In this document: piece by piece, positions 8,225-18,390 of the stretch
Layout of the letters: each line of letters begins with the position of its first letter
How positions within the stretch are numbered: position 1 is the stretch's first letter
Source: Myxococcota bacterium
GTDB lineage: Bacteria; Myxococcota_A; UBA796; SXON01
Direction of reading: 5' to 3'
DNA length: 64,000 nt
Assembly (NCBI GenBank): GCA_040386535.1
Contig: JAZKFH010000057.1
Span: 1-64,000, forward strand
Position numbers and translations under genes: made by a program
Notes under the pieces: model-generated
Database searches by the model: none
Told to the model about the DNA's origin: nothing
The model's input: only the letters and a program-made list of their open reading frames with translations

Positions 8225-9829
8225 ATGCCCCCCCGTCGCGCGCCCCTGCTCCTCGGCCTCGCGGCCACGGCCGTCGGCGCCGCCGTCGCGTTCGGGCTCC
8301 TCCGCGGCCCCGCCCCGGTCGAGCCCGACGGGCGCCCCAACTTCCTCATCATCGACATCGACACGCTCCGGGCGGACCGCGTCGGCGCCACCCGCGGGGG
8401 CGTGGCGGTCACCCCGAACCTCGACGCGTTGTCCGCACGCAGCGCCCGCTTCACCCACGCCTACAGCCAGTCCGGCTGGACCATGCCGGCGCTCGTCAGC
8501 AACCTGACCGGGACCCTGCCCGTCGTGTTCTCGAAGGTGGAAGGGCAGGTGTCGTGGCGCCCGCCCAACGCTCGCGATCTACCCGAGATCCTCGGCCTGT
8601 ACGGCTACACGACCATCGCGTTCTGGGGGAACACGATCCCCGGCATGATGAGCGGCGCGGTGTCGGACACGTTCCAGGTCGCCAAGCGGGTGGAGGGGTC
8701 GTTCGCGCCCGCCCCGCCGACCCACGAGGTGATCGCGTTCCTGGAGCAGGCGCCGAAGGAGCCCTTCTTCGCCTACGTGCACGAGATCGATCTGCACAAC
8801 CCCCAGTCGTTCCTGGCCGGCCCCGAGGGCATCCCCTTCGACCACCCGGCGATGCCGAAGGACGAGCCCTTTTACCGGAACGCCTACACGCAGGTGCTGA
8901 AGACCTCGGGCGAGGCCGCGGCGCGGGACGCGATGACCAGCCGCTACGATGGGGTCCTGCACCTCTACGATCGTGCCATCGGGCGCGTCCTGGCGGTGCT
9001 GGAGGAGCGGGGCCTCGCGGATCACACGGTCGTGGTGGTGACCGCCGACCATGGCGAGGACTTCTTCGAACACTCGGTGATGGAGCACGGCCTGCTGCAC
9101 GACACGACGCTGCACGTGCCGCTGATCGTCTACGACCCCACCGGCTCGGCCCGCACCGTGGACACGATGGTCCAGTCGGTCGACCTCGCGCCGACCGTGC
9201 TCGCCCGCGCCGGCGTGCCGATCGATCGCACGATGGACGGCCGCTCGCTCCTCGACCTCATCGGCGTCCCCGGAGTGGCCGTCAGCGGAGGCGCCGCGCC
9301 CGCCGAGTCCTACGTCGAGCGCCCCGTCTTCAGCCTCTCCGAGCCCTGCCACGTGTCGCTGCGCACGCGCACCCACAAGCTCATCCTGCGCGACAAGCGC
9401 CCGCCGACCCACGTGATGCGGCCGGCGGGCGGCGGGAACGCCGTGATCGTGCCGCTCTCCACGTTCGCGGCGGCCCACGGGCCCGATTTGCCGCTCGCCG
9501 ACTGCTCGTCGATGCGGGTCCTCGGCACCGCGGGCCAGCCCGAGGCGCGCGGGCCCTCGCCCGACGAGCTGGTCCTCGAGCTGTACGACCTGGTCGCCGA
9601 TCCGACCGAGCAGATCAACCTCGTGGCGGAGCAGCCGGAGGTCGCCGCGGGGCTCCTCGCGCCGCTCCTCCACACGGTCGCATCACGACGCGAGGCCGTC
9701 GCCGGCGCGACCCCCTCGGCCATGACGCCCGAGCAGATCAAGGCGCTCAAGGACAACGGCTACTGGGAGCTGGTGCAGCCGGGGTCCGCCCCCTCCACAC
9801 CGTCCGGCGCACCCTCCGCCGCTCCCTGA
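8225..9829 (+). CDS. Sulfatase-like hydrolase/transferase (alkaline phosphatase superfamily), membrane-anchored
   Basis: PNFLIIDIDTLRAD, SGWTMPA, TADHGE, HVPLI, ELYDLVADPTEQINL, LKDNGY. Confidence 0.88.
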   Translation: MPPRRAPLLLGLAATAVGAAVAFGLLRGPAPVEPDGRPNFLIIDIDTLRADRVGATRGGVAVTPNLDALSARSARFTHAYSQSGWTMPALVSNLTGTLPVVFSKVEGQVSWRPPNARDLPEILGLYGYTTIAFWGNTIPGMMSGAVSDTFQVAKRVEGSFAPAPPTHEVIAFLEQAPKEPFFAYVHEIDLHNPQSFLAGPEGIPFDHPAMPKDEPFYRNAYTQVLKTSGEAAARDAMTSRYDGVLHLYDRAIGRVLAVLEERGLADHTVVVVTADHGEDFFEHSVMEHGLLHDTTLHVPLIVYDPTGSARTVDTMVQSVDLAPTVLARAGVPIDRTMDGRSLLDLIGVPGVAVSGGAAPAESYVERPVFSLSEPCHVSLRTRTHKLILRDKRPPTHVMRPAGGGNAVIVPLSTFAAAHGPDLPLADCSSMRVLGTAGQPEARGPSPDELVLELYDLVADPTEQINLVAEQPEVAAGLLAPLLHTVASRREAVAGATPSAMTPEQIKALKDNGYWELVQPGSAPSTPSGAPSAAP

Positions 9830-9836
9830 CCCGCCG

Positions 9837-12560
9837 TCACCCCGTGTTCCGCATCCCCGCCGCGACGCCGGTGAGCGTCGTGAGCAGCGCGGCGTCGAGG
9901 TGGGGGTCCTGGGCCCCCGCGCGGGTGCGCCGCAAGAGCTCGGCCTGCAGGAGGTTGAGCGGGTCGACGTAGGGGTTGCGCACGGCGATCGAGCGGCGGA
10001 GCACGGGATCCTCCGCGAGGAGCTCGGTGCGGCCGCGGAGCTGGAGCAGGAGGCTCCGCGTCTCGACGAAGCGCCGCCGCAGATCCGCGCCGAGGGGCCA
10101 GAGCTCCGGCGGCACGAGGAGGGCCTCGTAGCGGGCGTGCACGTCGGGGAGCGCCTTGGCGAGCACCATCTCGATCAGATCGAGCGCGGTGGCGAAGAAC
10201 GGCCAGGCGTGGAGCATCTTGTGCAGGCCCAGCTCGCCGCCGTCGGGCCCCGACCCGCCCTCGATCTCGGCGCGGAGCGCCTCGCCCACGCCGAGCCACG
10301 CGGGGAGCATGAGCCGCACCTGCGTCCACGCGAACTGCCACGGGATCGCGCGGAGGGTCTCGACGCCTCCGCCGCCGCCCCGCCGCGCCGGTCGGCTCCC
10401 GATGTTGAGGCGGGCGAGCTCGTCCACCGGGGTGCATGCGCGGAAGTAGGGGACGAACGCGGGATCGCCGCGGACCACCGCGCGGTAGGCGTCCGAGGAG
10501 GTGGCGCCCAGGCGATCCATCGTGGCGCGCCAGCCGGGGGAGGGGGGCGCGGGCGGGGTGAGCGTCGCCTCGAGCACGGCGGTCGTGTACACCTCCAACG
10601 TGCGCACGGCGATGCCGGCGAGGCCGAAGCGGGCCTGGATGACCTCTCCCTGCTCGGTGACACGGATGGCGCCGTCCACCGAGCCCGGCGGCTGCGCGCG
10701 GATCGCAGCGTGGGTCGGCCCGCCGCCGCGCCCCACCGTGCCGCCGCGCCCGTGGAACAAGGTCACCTTGACCCCGGCGGCCCGGCTCGCCGCCACGATG
10801 GCCTCCTGCGCCCGGTAGAGCGCCCACGCCGCCGCGAGCTGGCCCGCGTCCTTCGCGGAGTCGGAGTAGCCGATCATCACCTCGTGGCGGCCGCCGAGAT
10901 CGGCCTCGACGTGGGCGCGCACCCAGGGGATGGCGAGCAGATCGGTGACGACGGCGCCGGCGTGCTCCAGGTCCGCGAGCGTCTCGAAGAGCGGCACCAC
11001 GCGCATCGGCGCGCCGGAGCGCTCCGTCGCGAAGCGCAGGCGTGCCTCCCGCTGGAGGAGCTCGACGGCGAGCACGTCCGAGGGGGCGCCGGCCATGGAG
11101 ATGACGTAGGCGCCGAGCGATCCGGCAGGCTCGCGCGCGGCGACGGCGAAGGTGCCGAGCACGTCGCGCACGGGGGCGGGGAGCGCCGTGTCGTGCCAGA
11201 GGTTCGGCGGTACGAGCGGGCGGGCGCCGGAGAGCTCGCGGGTGAGGAAGTCGACACGGGCGGCCTCGTCCCAGGAGGTGTAGGAGCCGATGCCGACGGT
11301 GCGGGTGATCGTGTCGAGCGCCTCGGTGTGGCGGGAGGACTCCTGACGAAGGTCCAGCCGCACGAGGGTGAGGCCGAAGGCGGCGACCTGCCACAACAGG
11401 TCACGCACGCGGCCGTCTGCCAGCACGTCGTCGCCGGTCTCGAGCAGCGAGCGGCGGGCCAGGGTGAGCGGGGCCAGCACCTCGCCGACGTCGAGGAGCA
11501 CGTCCGCGGGCAAGGCGGCGAGCGGATCGTCGAGGGCGCGGGTCGCCCAGTCGCGGGTGGCGGCGAGGCGCTCGCGGAGCGGCTTGAGCAGCGCGCGGTA
11601 GGGCTCCCAGTCGTCCCCGGCGGCGGCGCACAGCTCCTCGGTGGCGACGCCCACGGAGAGCTCGTCCCGCAGGGCGTCGACCTCGCGGTACAACAGGTTC
11701 GCCGCCATCCACCGCCCGAGCAGGGTCACCCGGCGCGTGCTCTCCGGCGTCACGTTCGGGTTGCCGTCCCGATCGCCCCCCATCCACGATCCGAAGCGGA
11801 TCGGCGCCGCGTCGTCCGGCAGGGGCGGGCCCCCGTGGGCGCGGCGAGCACGGTCGACGCTGCGGAGCGTGGTCGGAACGGCGTCCCAGACCACCTGCTC
11901 GATGACGACCAGCCCGGCGCGGGCCTCGTCCTCGGGGGTGGGCCGGTCGCGGCGTACGTCGGGCGTCTCCCACGCCGCCGTCACGAGGCGGGTCAACGCG
12001 TCCCGCCACGCCTCCCGCTCCGTCGGCACCATCGTGAGGCGATCGTGCGCGTCGAGCAGCGCGTCGACCTGCTGGTACTTCTTGGTGAGCGTGCGCCGCT
12101 GGGACTGCGTGGGGTGGGCGGTCAGGACGAGCTCGATGGAGAGCGTGTCGACGGTCTCCCAGAGCTTCTCCGGGGGCACTCCGCCCGCGAGGAGCCGGCC
12201 GAACGACTCGTCGGGGGAGCCGCGCTGGGGCGAGGCCAGCACCGGCGAGGCGGGCTCCGAGAGCCACGCGCGCCGACGGCGGATGCGGTGGTGCTGCTCG
12301 GCCACGTTGGCGAGGTCGAGGAAGTGGGCGAACGCGCGGGCCACCTCGCTGGCGCGGCGGGGCGGCAAGGAGGCGAGGAGCGCTTCGAGCGCGGCGCTGG
12401 CGGCCTCGTCGCCACCACGGGCCGCCTTGGACAGGGCGCGCACCTCCTCGACGGTCTCGTACAGCCCCGGCTCGCCCCGGGCGCGCAGCACCTCCCCGAG
12501 GATGTCGCCGAGCAGGCGCACGTCGGCGCGGAGGGGGGCCTGGGTGTCTTCGTCGCGCAT
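9837..12560 (-). CDS. ppc: Phosphoenolpyruvate carboxylase
   Basis: VLTAHPT, SWMGGDRDGNP, VMIGYSDSAKDAG, FHGRGGTVGRGGGP, LRAIPW, MRNTG C-terminus. Confidence 0.97.
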   Translation of the reverse strand: MRDEDTQAPLRADVRLLGDILGEVLRARGEPGLYETVEEVRALSKAARGGDEAASAALEALLASLPPRRASEVARAFAHFLDLANVAEQHHRIRRRRAWLSEPASPVLASPQRGSPDESFGRLLAGGVPPEKLWETVDTLSIELVLTAHPTQSQRRTLTKKYQQVDALLDAHDRLTMVPTEREAWRDALTRLVTAAWETPDVRRDRPTPEDEARAGLVVIEQVVWDAVPTTLRSVDRARRAHGGPPLPDDAAPIRFGSWMGGDRDGNPNVTPESTRRVTLLGRWMAANLLYREVDALRDELSVGVATEELCAAAGDDWEPYRALLKPLRERLAATRDWATRALDDPLAALPADVLLDVGEVLAPLTLARRSLLETGDDVLADGRVRDLLWQVAAFGLTLVRLDLRQESSRHTEALDTITRTVGIGSYTSWDEAARVDFLTRELSGARPLVPPNLWHDTALPAPVRDVLGTFAVAAREPAGSLGAYVISMAGAPSDVLAVELLQREARLRFATERSGAPMRVVPLFETLADLEHAGAVVTDLLAIPWVRAHVEADLGGRHEVMIGYSDSAKDAGQLAAAWALYRAQEAIVAASRAAGVKVTLFHGRGGTVGRGGGPTHAAIRAQPPGSVDGAIRVTEQGEVIQARFGLAGIAVRTLEVYTTAVLEATLTPPAPPSPGWRATMDRLGATSSDAYRAVVRGDPAFVPYFRACTPVDELARLNIGSRPARRGGGGGVETLRAIPWQFAWTQVRLMLPAWLGVGEALRAEIEGGSGPDGGELGLHKMLHAWPFFATALDLIEMVLAKALPDVHARYEALLVPPELWPLGADLRRRFVETRSLLLQLRGRTELLAEDPVLRRSIAVRNPYVDPLNLLQAELLRRTRAGAQDPHLDAALLTTLTGVAAGMRNTG

Positions 12561-12734
12561 GGGGATTTTCCGGCTTGGTAGGGGCCTATCGCGGTGGGTG
12601 GGGCGGGGCCCCGTCTTGGGGGAAACCGCCGCCTGCGGCGCCGGCATCCACGTGCCGATTCCCTGGCGGCAGCAGCCGTGTGTCCCGTGCGCGCAGACCC
12701 CTACGCCCCCGCTGGGCGGCACAAGACGTGCCCG

Positions 12735-13400
12735 CTACCGGTCCCAGGCCTCGAGCGTCTTGACCATCGCGTCGAGCACGTCGGGCGGGACCTTCTTCGC
12801 GACCGCTACGATCTTGAAGAGCGCGGCCCGGCGCTGCTCGTCCATCCCCCCCACGACCTGCGCCAGATCCGACGGGCGCCAGTCGGCCAGCTTCTCGGGC
12901 GGTGCCGTCGGGGCCTCCGTGGGGAGGAACACGGTGCGGTAGCCGTCCACCGTGTCGGTGATGGCGATCTCTACCTTGAGGTCGAGGCTCTTCGCGAGCC
13001 AGGACATAACGTCCAGCGTGAGCCGGTTGTCGTCCGTCGCCAGCATCCGATAGATCGTTGTGTACGGTGCGTTGATCTTCGCGGCGAAGGAGCGGTAGGC
13101 GAGATCGCGCTCGTACATCGTGTCGCGGAGCAGCGTACGCACGGCGCGCTCGATGGGGCGGTCTTCCATGACCCCGGACTTGAGGCGACGCGACTTCTCG
13201 GGACGAGGCGCAGGTTCTGTGCCGGAAGCGCCTGCCCGCGGCGTGACCGCGGACTTGACGCGAAGCGTCTTCGCGGGACGAGGCGCAGGTTTTGAGCCGG
13301 CAGCGCCGGTCCGCGGTTGGGTGTTGGTCGGGAGGTCGCCCTCCGCCGGGCGAGTTGCGACCTCGGTGGATTCGGGTCCGGTGATCTCTCGTTCAGACAT
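12735..13400 (-). CDS. XRE/Cro-like HTH protein with a repetitive basic N-terminal extension
   Basis: YRSFAAKINAPYTTIYRML..RLTLDVMSWLAKSL HTH pattern. Confidence 0.65.
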   Translation of the reverse strand: MSEREITGPESTEVATRPAEGDLPTNTQPRTGAAGSKPAPRPAKTLRVKSAVTPRAGASGTEPAPRPEKSRRLKSGVMEDRPIERAVRTLLRDTMYERDLAYRSFAAKINAPYTTIYRMLATDDNRLTLDVMSWLAKSLDLKVEIAITDTVDGYRTVFLPTEAPTAPPEKLADWRPSDLAQVVGGMDEQRRAALFKIVAVAKKVPPDVLDAMVKTLEAWDR

Positions 13401-13695
13401 GACTATCGCTCCGCGTGTGTTCACCGCCCATGCGGGATCTCCTTGGCTTGCGCGATCACTATACTTGGCCTGTACCGTAATGGCGAACGCGAGGGTCGAA
13501 CCCTTATGATCGGAGCAAAAACGAGAGAAGGTACGTTTGAGCTAATCGTCTTGGTCTCGAAGGTGAAGAGCAGGAAGTGCGTCTCGCGAAAGATCACGCA
13601 CAGCAGTCCCGGATTGCAGAACGAAGGTCCGCCCGCTCACCGCCCCTGAAAGCCGCCCGACATGCCCCCAACCGAACGCGCGCTATGTTCGCCCG

Positions 13696-14493
13696 ATGAC
13701 CCTTCTCCTCCTGCTCGCCTGCACCGGCGCCGAGCCCGCCAAGGACTCCATCCCCCTCGACACCGCGTCCGAGGGTCACGACACCGGCGAGCCGCCGATC
13801 GACATCGACCAGCGCGCGGAGAACCTCGCCTCCGGGCCGGGCGACTTCGCGGTCGACTACCTCGCGGGCGGCTACAGCTCGATCCAGGTCGAGGTGGACT
13901 GGGTCCAGGGCCACCCGCCGGACGAAGCCGCGCTCAACACGCTCCGGACCAGCCTCGCGGGGCTGTGCGACAAGCCCGCGGGCATCGAGATCGTCCTCGA
14001 CGACGAGCTGCCCGATCAGGGCGGGCCCGCGTGGTCCTACGAGGCCGCGGAGGACCTGGAGATCGCGTGGCGCGACCGCTACCACGACCCCGCCACGGGC
14101 GTCGCGGTGATGTACTACCTCTACGTCGACGGGCACTCCGACAACGACACCGACGAGGGGCGCATCCTCGGGTACGCGTACCACGGGTCGAGCCTGATCA
14201 TGTTCGCCGAGACGATGGCGGACGTGAGCGGCGGCCTCCTGCTGGGGCTCGGGGGGGACGTCGAGCCGACGGTGCTCGTGCACGAGGCCGGCCACCTCCT
14301 CGGCCTGGTGAACAACGGCGTGGACATGGTGGAGGACCACCAGGACACCGAGCACGGCCACCACGACCAGAACGAGGACTGCATCATGTACTGGGCCGCC
14401 GAGACCGACGCGATCGGCGATCTGCTCGGCGGCGGTTTGCCCGACTTCGACGCGGAGTGCCGCGCCGACATGCAGGCGGCGGGCGGCTTGTAG
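13696..14493 (+). CDS. Zinc metalloprotease lipoprotein (metzincin-like)
   Basis: LLAC lipobox, HEAGHLLGLVNNG, downstream H..CIMY Met-turn-like motif. Confidence 0.85.
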   Translation: MTLLLLLACTGAEPAKDSIPLDTASEGHDTGEPPIDIDQRAENLASGPGDFAVDYLAGGYSSIQVEVDWVQGHPPDEAALNTLRTSLAGLCDKPAGIEIVLDDELPDQGGPAWSYEAAEDLEIAWRDRYHDPATGVAVMYYLYVDGHSDNDTDEGRILGYAYHGSSLIMFAETMADVSGGLLLGLGGDVEPTVLVHEAGHLLGLVNNGVDMVEDHQDTEHGHHDQNEDCIMYWAAETDAIGDLLGGGLPDFDAECRADMQAAGGL

Positions 14494-14514
14494 CGGGATC
14501 GGTCGGCGCGAACG

Positions 14515-16464
14515 TCAGAAGCAGAACACGTCGCCGTACTCGTCTTCGTTGTTCGTCTCATCGCACTCGCGTTCGGTGTCCACGCCGGTGCCGTCGTCGT
14601 CGACCCGCACGATGAACCCGTACACGCCGATGTCCGCGGGCGACAGCTCGACCTCGATCCCGTCGATCGACATGCCCATCGGCACCTCGGGGAGCACCAC
14701 GGAGGTGATGAAGCGGGGCGAGGCGTCGTCGGCGTAGATGGCGACCAACGTACCGGCGGGCACGTCCTTTCCGCCCTGGTTGGTGACCTGGAACCCGAGG
14801 CGTACGGGGCCGTAGTCACAGTCGGCCACACACACGTCGGTGATGTGGACGAGCAGGTCGGAGGTCGAGGGGTCATCGACCGAGGGGCGCGCGCGGAACA
14901 CGTTGTAGACCTGCCAGGAGGGCTCCGGCGGGCTCGGCACGTGGCCGTCCGGCTCGATGTTGGTCACGGCGAAGTCGTGGGTGGCCCATGTGGTGCCCGA
15001 CTTGGGCCAGCCGTCGCCCGAGTGGCCGAAAACGGTCACGCCCTTCCACGTGCCGCCGTTGTCGGCGACCACGATCTCGGCGGAGCCGTCGTTGTCCACG
15101 TCCGCGATGACCGGGTATTCCCACACCGTGCCCGACGCGTGGTCGCGGTTCTCGTAGAGGATCGTGCCGCTCGCCCCGTCGTAGATGCGGAACGCGATCT
15201 CGTCGGCGAACAACACCTCGTACGCGCCGTCGCCGTTCACGTCGAAGCCGGAGCAGCCCGCGAGGCCGGAGTTGTCCTGCATCGTGGCGCTCCACAGCCG
15301 CGTGCCGTCCGTGTCGAACACGCTGATCTGGGTGCTGTTGGGGACCGCGAGCTCGACCTCGCCGTCGCCGTCGAAGTCGGCCATGCACGGGGGGCCGGGG
15401 ATGCTGCCGCCCGGCACCGTGAACGAGGTGATCAGCGTGCCGTCGTCATCGTGGAGGTAGGCCATCCCGCCCGACACGAAGAACACCTCGCCCTCGGGGT
15501 CCCCGTCGACATCGGCCACCGCGCCGAAGTTGCCCGCGCCCGCCCCCGGGTTCGACCACAGGGCCACCCCGCTGCTGTTGTACACCTTGTTGCCGAGGAT
15601 GATCTCCTGGCTCCCGTCCTGGTCGAGGTCGGCGGCGATCGGCGTGCGCCACGAGTTGGTGATACCGGTGAGCGTCGCGACCGTAGTTCCGTCCTCCCCG
15701 TTGACCACGCCGACGTCGCCGATCACCTCGGGCATCCCGTCGTTGTCGAGGTCGGCCACCGTCGGCTGCGGATACGCCATCATCGCGAAGCTCGCGGACA
15801 CCCACTCGGCGGTGCCCGTCGCGTCGACCGCGGCGATGCGGTAGCCCGACTGGATGGCGATGATCTCGGGGTCGCCGTCGGCGTCCACGTCCGCGATCGT
15901 CACCCCGCCCTGCCCGTCGTAGCCGCTCACCTCGAACAGCTCGGCGCCGGTCGCGCCGTCGAGCGCCACCAGCGTGTTCGACGACCACGTGGTGAACACG
16001 ATCTCGGGCACGTCGTTCTCGTCCACCTGCCCGTCGCCGTTGTCGTCGTTCAGGTTTCCGACCGCGGGCATCACGATGACGCCGCTGCCGGCCGACGTGT
16101 ACTGGTACTCGATCACCGCGTCCCACGGGTCGATCACCTCGCTGGACGTGGTGCCGGCGCACTCCTCGAGGACGGGGACGTCGTGCGCCGTGCCGACGTC
16201 GAGCACCGGGCACTCCACGTCGAGGCAATCCACCCGCCCGTTCCCGTTCGCGTCGGGAAAGTCCTCGTCGACCGTGCCGTCCCCGTCATCGTCGACACCG
16301 TTGCACTCCTCGACCGGCACCTCGACGTCCGTGTCCTCGATGTCCGTGTCGGGAGGCTCGGCGGTCTCGCCCTCCTCGAACTCCGGCTCCTTGTCCTTGC
16401 TGGTGATCGTGTTGTCGACGGCGCAGCCGGCGAGCAGGAGCGTGACGAGGAAGGGGCGGTACAT
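14515..16464 (-). CDS. FG-GAP/VCBS-repeat lipoprotein with Cys/Asp-rich (ECNGVDDD) motif and C-terminal CARDB-like domain
   Basis: LAGC lipobox, repeated ADxDxDGxPEI motifs, ECDETNN at the C-terminus. Confidence 0.88.
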   Translation of the reverse strand: MYRPFLVTLLLAGCAVDNTITSKDKEPEFEEGETAEPPDTDIEDTDVEVPVEECNGVDDDGDGTVDEDFPDANGNGRVDCLDVECPVLDVGTAHDVPVLEECAGTTSSEVIDPWDAVIEYQYTSAGSGVIVMPAVGNLNDDNGDGQVDENDVPEIVFTTWSSNTLVALDGATGAELFEVSGYDGQGGVTIADVDADGDPEIIAIQSGYRIAAVDATGTAEWVSASFAMMAYPQPTVADLDNDGMPEVIGDVGVVNGEDGTTVATLTGITNSWRTPIAADLDQDGSQEIILGNKVYNSSGVALWSNPGAGAGNFGAVADVDGDPEGEVFFVSGGMAYLHDDDGTLITSFTVPGGSIPGPPCMADFDGDGEVELAVPNSTQISVFDTDGTRLWSATMQDNSGLAGCSGFDVNGDGAYEVLFADEIAFRIYDGASGTILYENRDHASGTVWEYPVIADVDNDGSAEIVVADNGGTWKGVTVFGHSGDGWPKSGTTWATHDFAVTNIEPDGHVPSPPEPSWQVYNVFRARPSVDDPSTSDLLVHITDVCVADCDYGPVRLGFQVTNQGGKDVPAGTLVAIYADDASPRFITSVVLPEVPMGMSIDGIEVELSPADIGVYGFIVRVDDDGTGVDTERECDETNNEDEYGDVFCF

Positions 16465-16666
16465 GGGGGCTCCGGGTGGCGGGCCCATCGTAGACGACTT
16501 CACGCTTCTTGGACAAACGATCCTGTGGGCGCCCCCGCTTCGCGGTCGGCCCCCTGCAGGCTCGCTGCGCTCGGTCCGTCCGCGCCCCGAGGACGGTGCA
16601 CGGCCGGGACCGGCCGCGCGGCGCGGCCGCCTTCCGGGCGCCTGGCGCGGGGCTCGATACAGAGGG

Positions 16667-16827
16667 GTGAGCTCGCCTCGCGTGCTGCTCCTGTTGACCC
16701 TGTTCGGATGTGGCCGAACGAGGGGTCGGCGGACGCCGCCGACCATGACAACCTCGTCTACTACCGCTGGTTCGTGTGTACCTACATCGGGGACCCGGGA
16801 ACGTTCGGCCCGTGCAGCTTTGGCTGA
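16667..16827 (+). pseudogene. Possible frameshifted/deleted lipoprotein remnant
   Basis: GTG after GAGGG gives MSSPRVLLLLTLFGCG; a protein-like tail (DHDNLVYYRWFVCTYIGDPGTFGPCSFG*) lies in another frame. Confidence 0.35.
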
Positions 16828-16862
16828 GCGTGGCGGTCGTCCCGTTCGGCTTCCCGATGAGC

Positions 16863-17507
16863 CTACGTCTGCGAGAATGTGTTGGCGTCCTCCTCGTGGC
16901 GGGCCCACCACGCCTCGATCGAGGGAAGCAGGTCCACCGCGGGCCACCGGGGATCCGCCTCGGCGCGCCATGTCAGGTGCACGACCGCCAGCGGCGCGTC
17001 TTCCCGCGTCGTGACGAACAGCACGGTGTCCGCGTCGTCACGCCTCCCCACCGCCCGGACCAGCACGCCATGCAGTGCGTGGCCGGGTGGAACCTCCCGC
17101 CGCAGCTCCTCCTCCAGGTTTCCGCGGCTCACAGCTATCCAAGGCGGCGCCAGTTGCGCGCCCGTGAGGGCGGCGAGGGCCGCGCGGAGGCCGGCCAAGG
17201 CGGCATCCACGTTCGTTTGGACGCGCGTTCCCACACGAATCCGTGCGCCCGGGGGGGCGTCCTGTCTGGTCGCCTCGTAAAGAAGGAGCGCCGCACGCTC
17301 GTCGGGCGTCGCGGACGTCCGCAGCAACCACTCCCGGGTCGCTTTCACGCAGCTCGGTGCGCATCCTGGCGTTGACACCTCCGCGATGACGGTCTGCCCG
17401 AAAGGCAGGTCGCGCCTGTCACTCCCGAACACCACCGCGACGCCGCGATCCGTGATGTCGAACGAGGCTTCGACCGTGGCTTCCCAGATTCCGGCGTTGA
17501 CGAGCAT
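16863..17507 (-). CDS. Hypothetical protein; C-terminal domain resembles a conserved small family (LEEELRRE..GH.LHG..DDxLF..VHLTW)
   Basis: 3' part of ORF 16863..18239; ATG 2 nt after the upstream stop. Confidence 0.65.
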   Translation of the reverse strand: MLVNAGIWEATVEASFDITDRGVAVVFGSDRRDLPFGQTVIAEVSTPGCAPSCVKATREWLLRTSATPDERAALLLYEATRQDAPPGARIRVGTRVQTNVDAALAGLRAALAALTGAQLAPPWIAVSRGNLEEELRREVPPGHALHGVLVRAVGRRDDADTVLFVTTREDAPLAVVHLTWRAEADPRWPAVDLLPSIEAWWARHEEDANTFSQT

Positions 17508-17509
17508 GC

Positions 17510-17884
17510 TCAATAGTAGAACGCAAATTCGTAGTGCCACTCGTCGTACTTCTTCGCGACATTCAGGCGGTAATACTTGGCGGCCTCGAGGTTGATGAGG
17601 ATGTTGTGTTTCTCGTCGCCCTTGCCGTGGTACAGCTCGAGCTGTGTCGGCACGCCGTCCCGCTCGAACAGCTCGAAGCTCTGGTAGTCGCGCCCGGTCA
17701 CGACGATGGGCTCCGTGCCCGTGCCGAAGTGCAGCGTGAACGACACCTGGTCGTCCTTCGGCCCGTCTCCCTCGCCGAGCGCGGCGCCGTTGCGCAGCTC
17801 CTTGACCATGGCGCCCGCGTCGGAGCGGGAGGGGAGGGTGAGTAGGGCGAGAAAGGCGACAGCAGCAAGGGCGCGGGTGAACAT
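17510..17884 (-). CDS. Secreted hypothetical protein (124 aa)
   Basis: GGAG RBS, Sec-type signal MFTRALAAVAFLALLTLPSRSDA, typical codon usage. Confidence 0.75.
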   Translation of the reverse strand: MFTRALAAVAFLALLTLPSRSDAGAMVKELRNGAALGEGDGPKDDQVSFTLHFGTGTEPIVVTGRDYQSFELFERDGVPTQLELYHGKGDEKHNILINLEAAKYYRLNVAKKYDEWHYEFAFYY

Positions 17885-17977
17885 CGGGCTCCGGTGGGGA
17901 GCGGGAGTGTACGACGTCTCGCGTCGCGCCGGGGCGTCGAATCCCGCCACGTCCCAAGCGCTCGGATAAAGGCTCGC

Positions 17978-18382
17978 ATGGCGAACCGCCTCCCGATCCG
18001 CTCCCTCCTGTGGTTCGACTGCGCCGCCGGCGGGGTGGCCGGCGTCGTGATGCTCGCCCTCTCCGGCCTGCTCGCGCCGCTGTTCGGTATCCCGCACGCC
18101 GTGCTCGTGACCACGGCGCTCGCCAACCTGGCCTACGGCGCGTTCTCGTACTCGCTGGCCCGGCAACCGGAGGCGCCGCGTCGCCACGTGCGGGCGCTCG
18201 TCCTGGCCAACTTCGCGTGGACGGGCGTTTGTGTGGCACTCGCAGCGATCTTCGCCGGCCCTGGAAGTTGGCTCGGCGCCGGCTATCTGCTCGCGGAGGG
18301 ACTGTTCGTGGGCGCCCTCGCCGCCGTGGAGGCCAGGGCCCTGACGGCTCAGCCCAAGTCGTCCTTGGAGACGACCGCGTAG
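17978..18382 (+). CDS. Four-TM membrane protein
   Basis: Hydrophobic helices, ANLAYG..YS and LANFAW motifs. Confidence 0.8.
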   Translation: MANRLPIRSLLWFDCAAGGVAGVVMLALSGLLAPLFGIPHAVLVTTALANLAYGAFSYSLARQPEAPRRHVRALVLANFAWTGVCVALAAIFAGPGSWLGAGYLLAEGLFVGALAAVEARALTAQPKSSLETTA

Positions 18383-18390
18383 GAGGCCGC

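Noticed and set aside
12561..12734. Possible riboswitch in the ppc leader
   Set aside because: No recognisable aptamer consensus; pairing is explainable by GC content.
9760..12942. Long alternative-frame/antisense ORFs over ppc (and similar ones throughout)
   Set aside because: Shadow ORFs typical of very high GC; Arg/Pro/Gly-rich, no motifs, overlapping well-supported genes.
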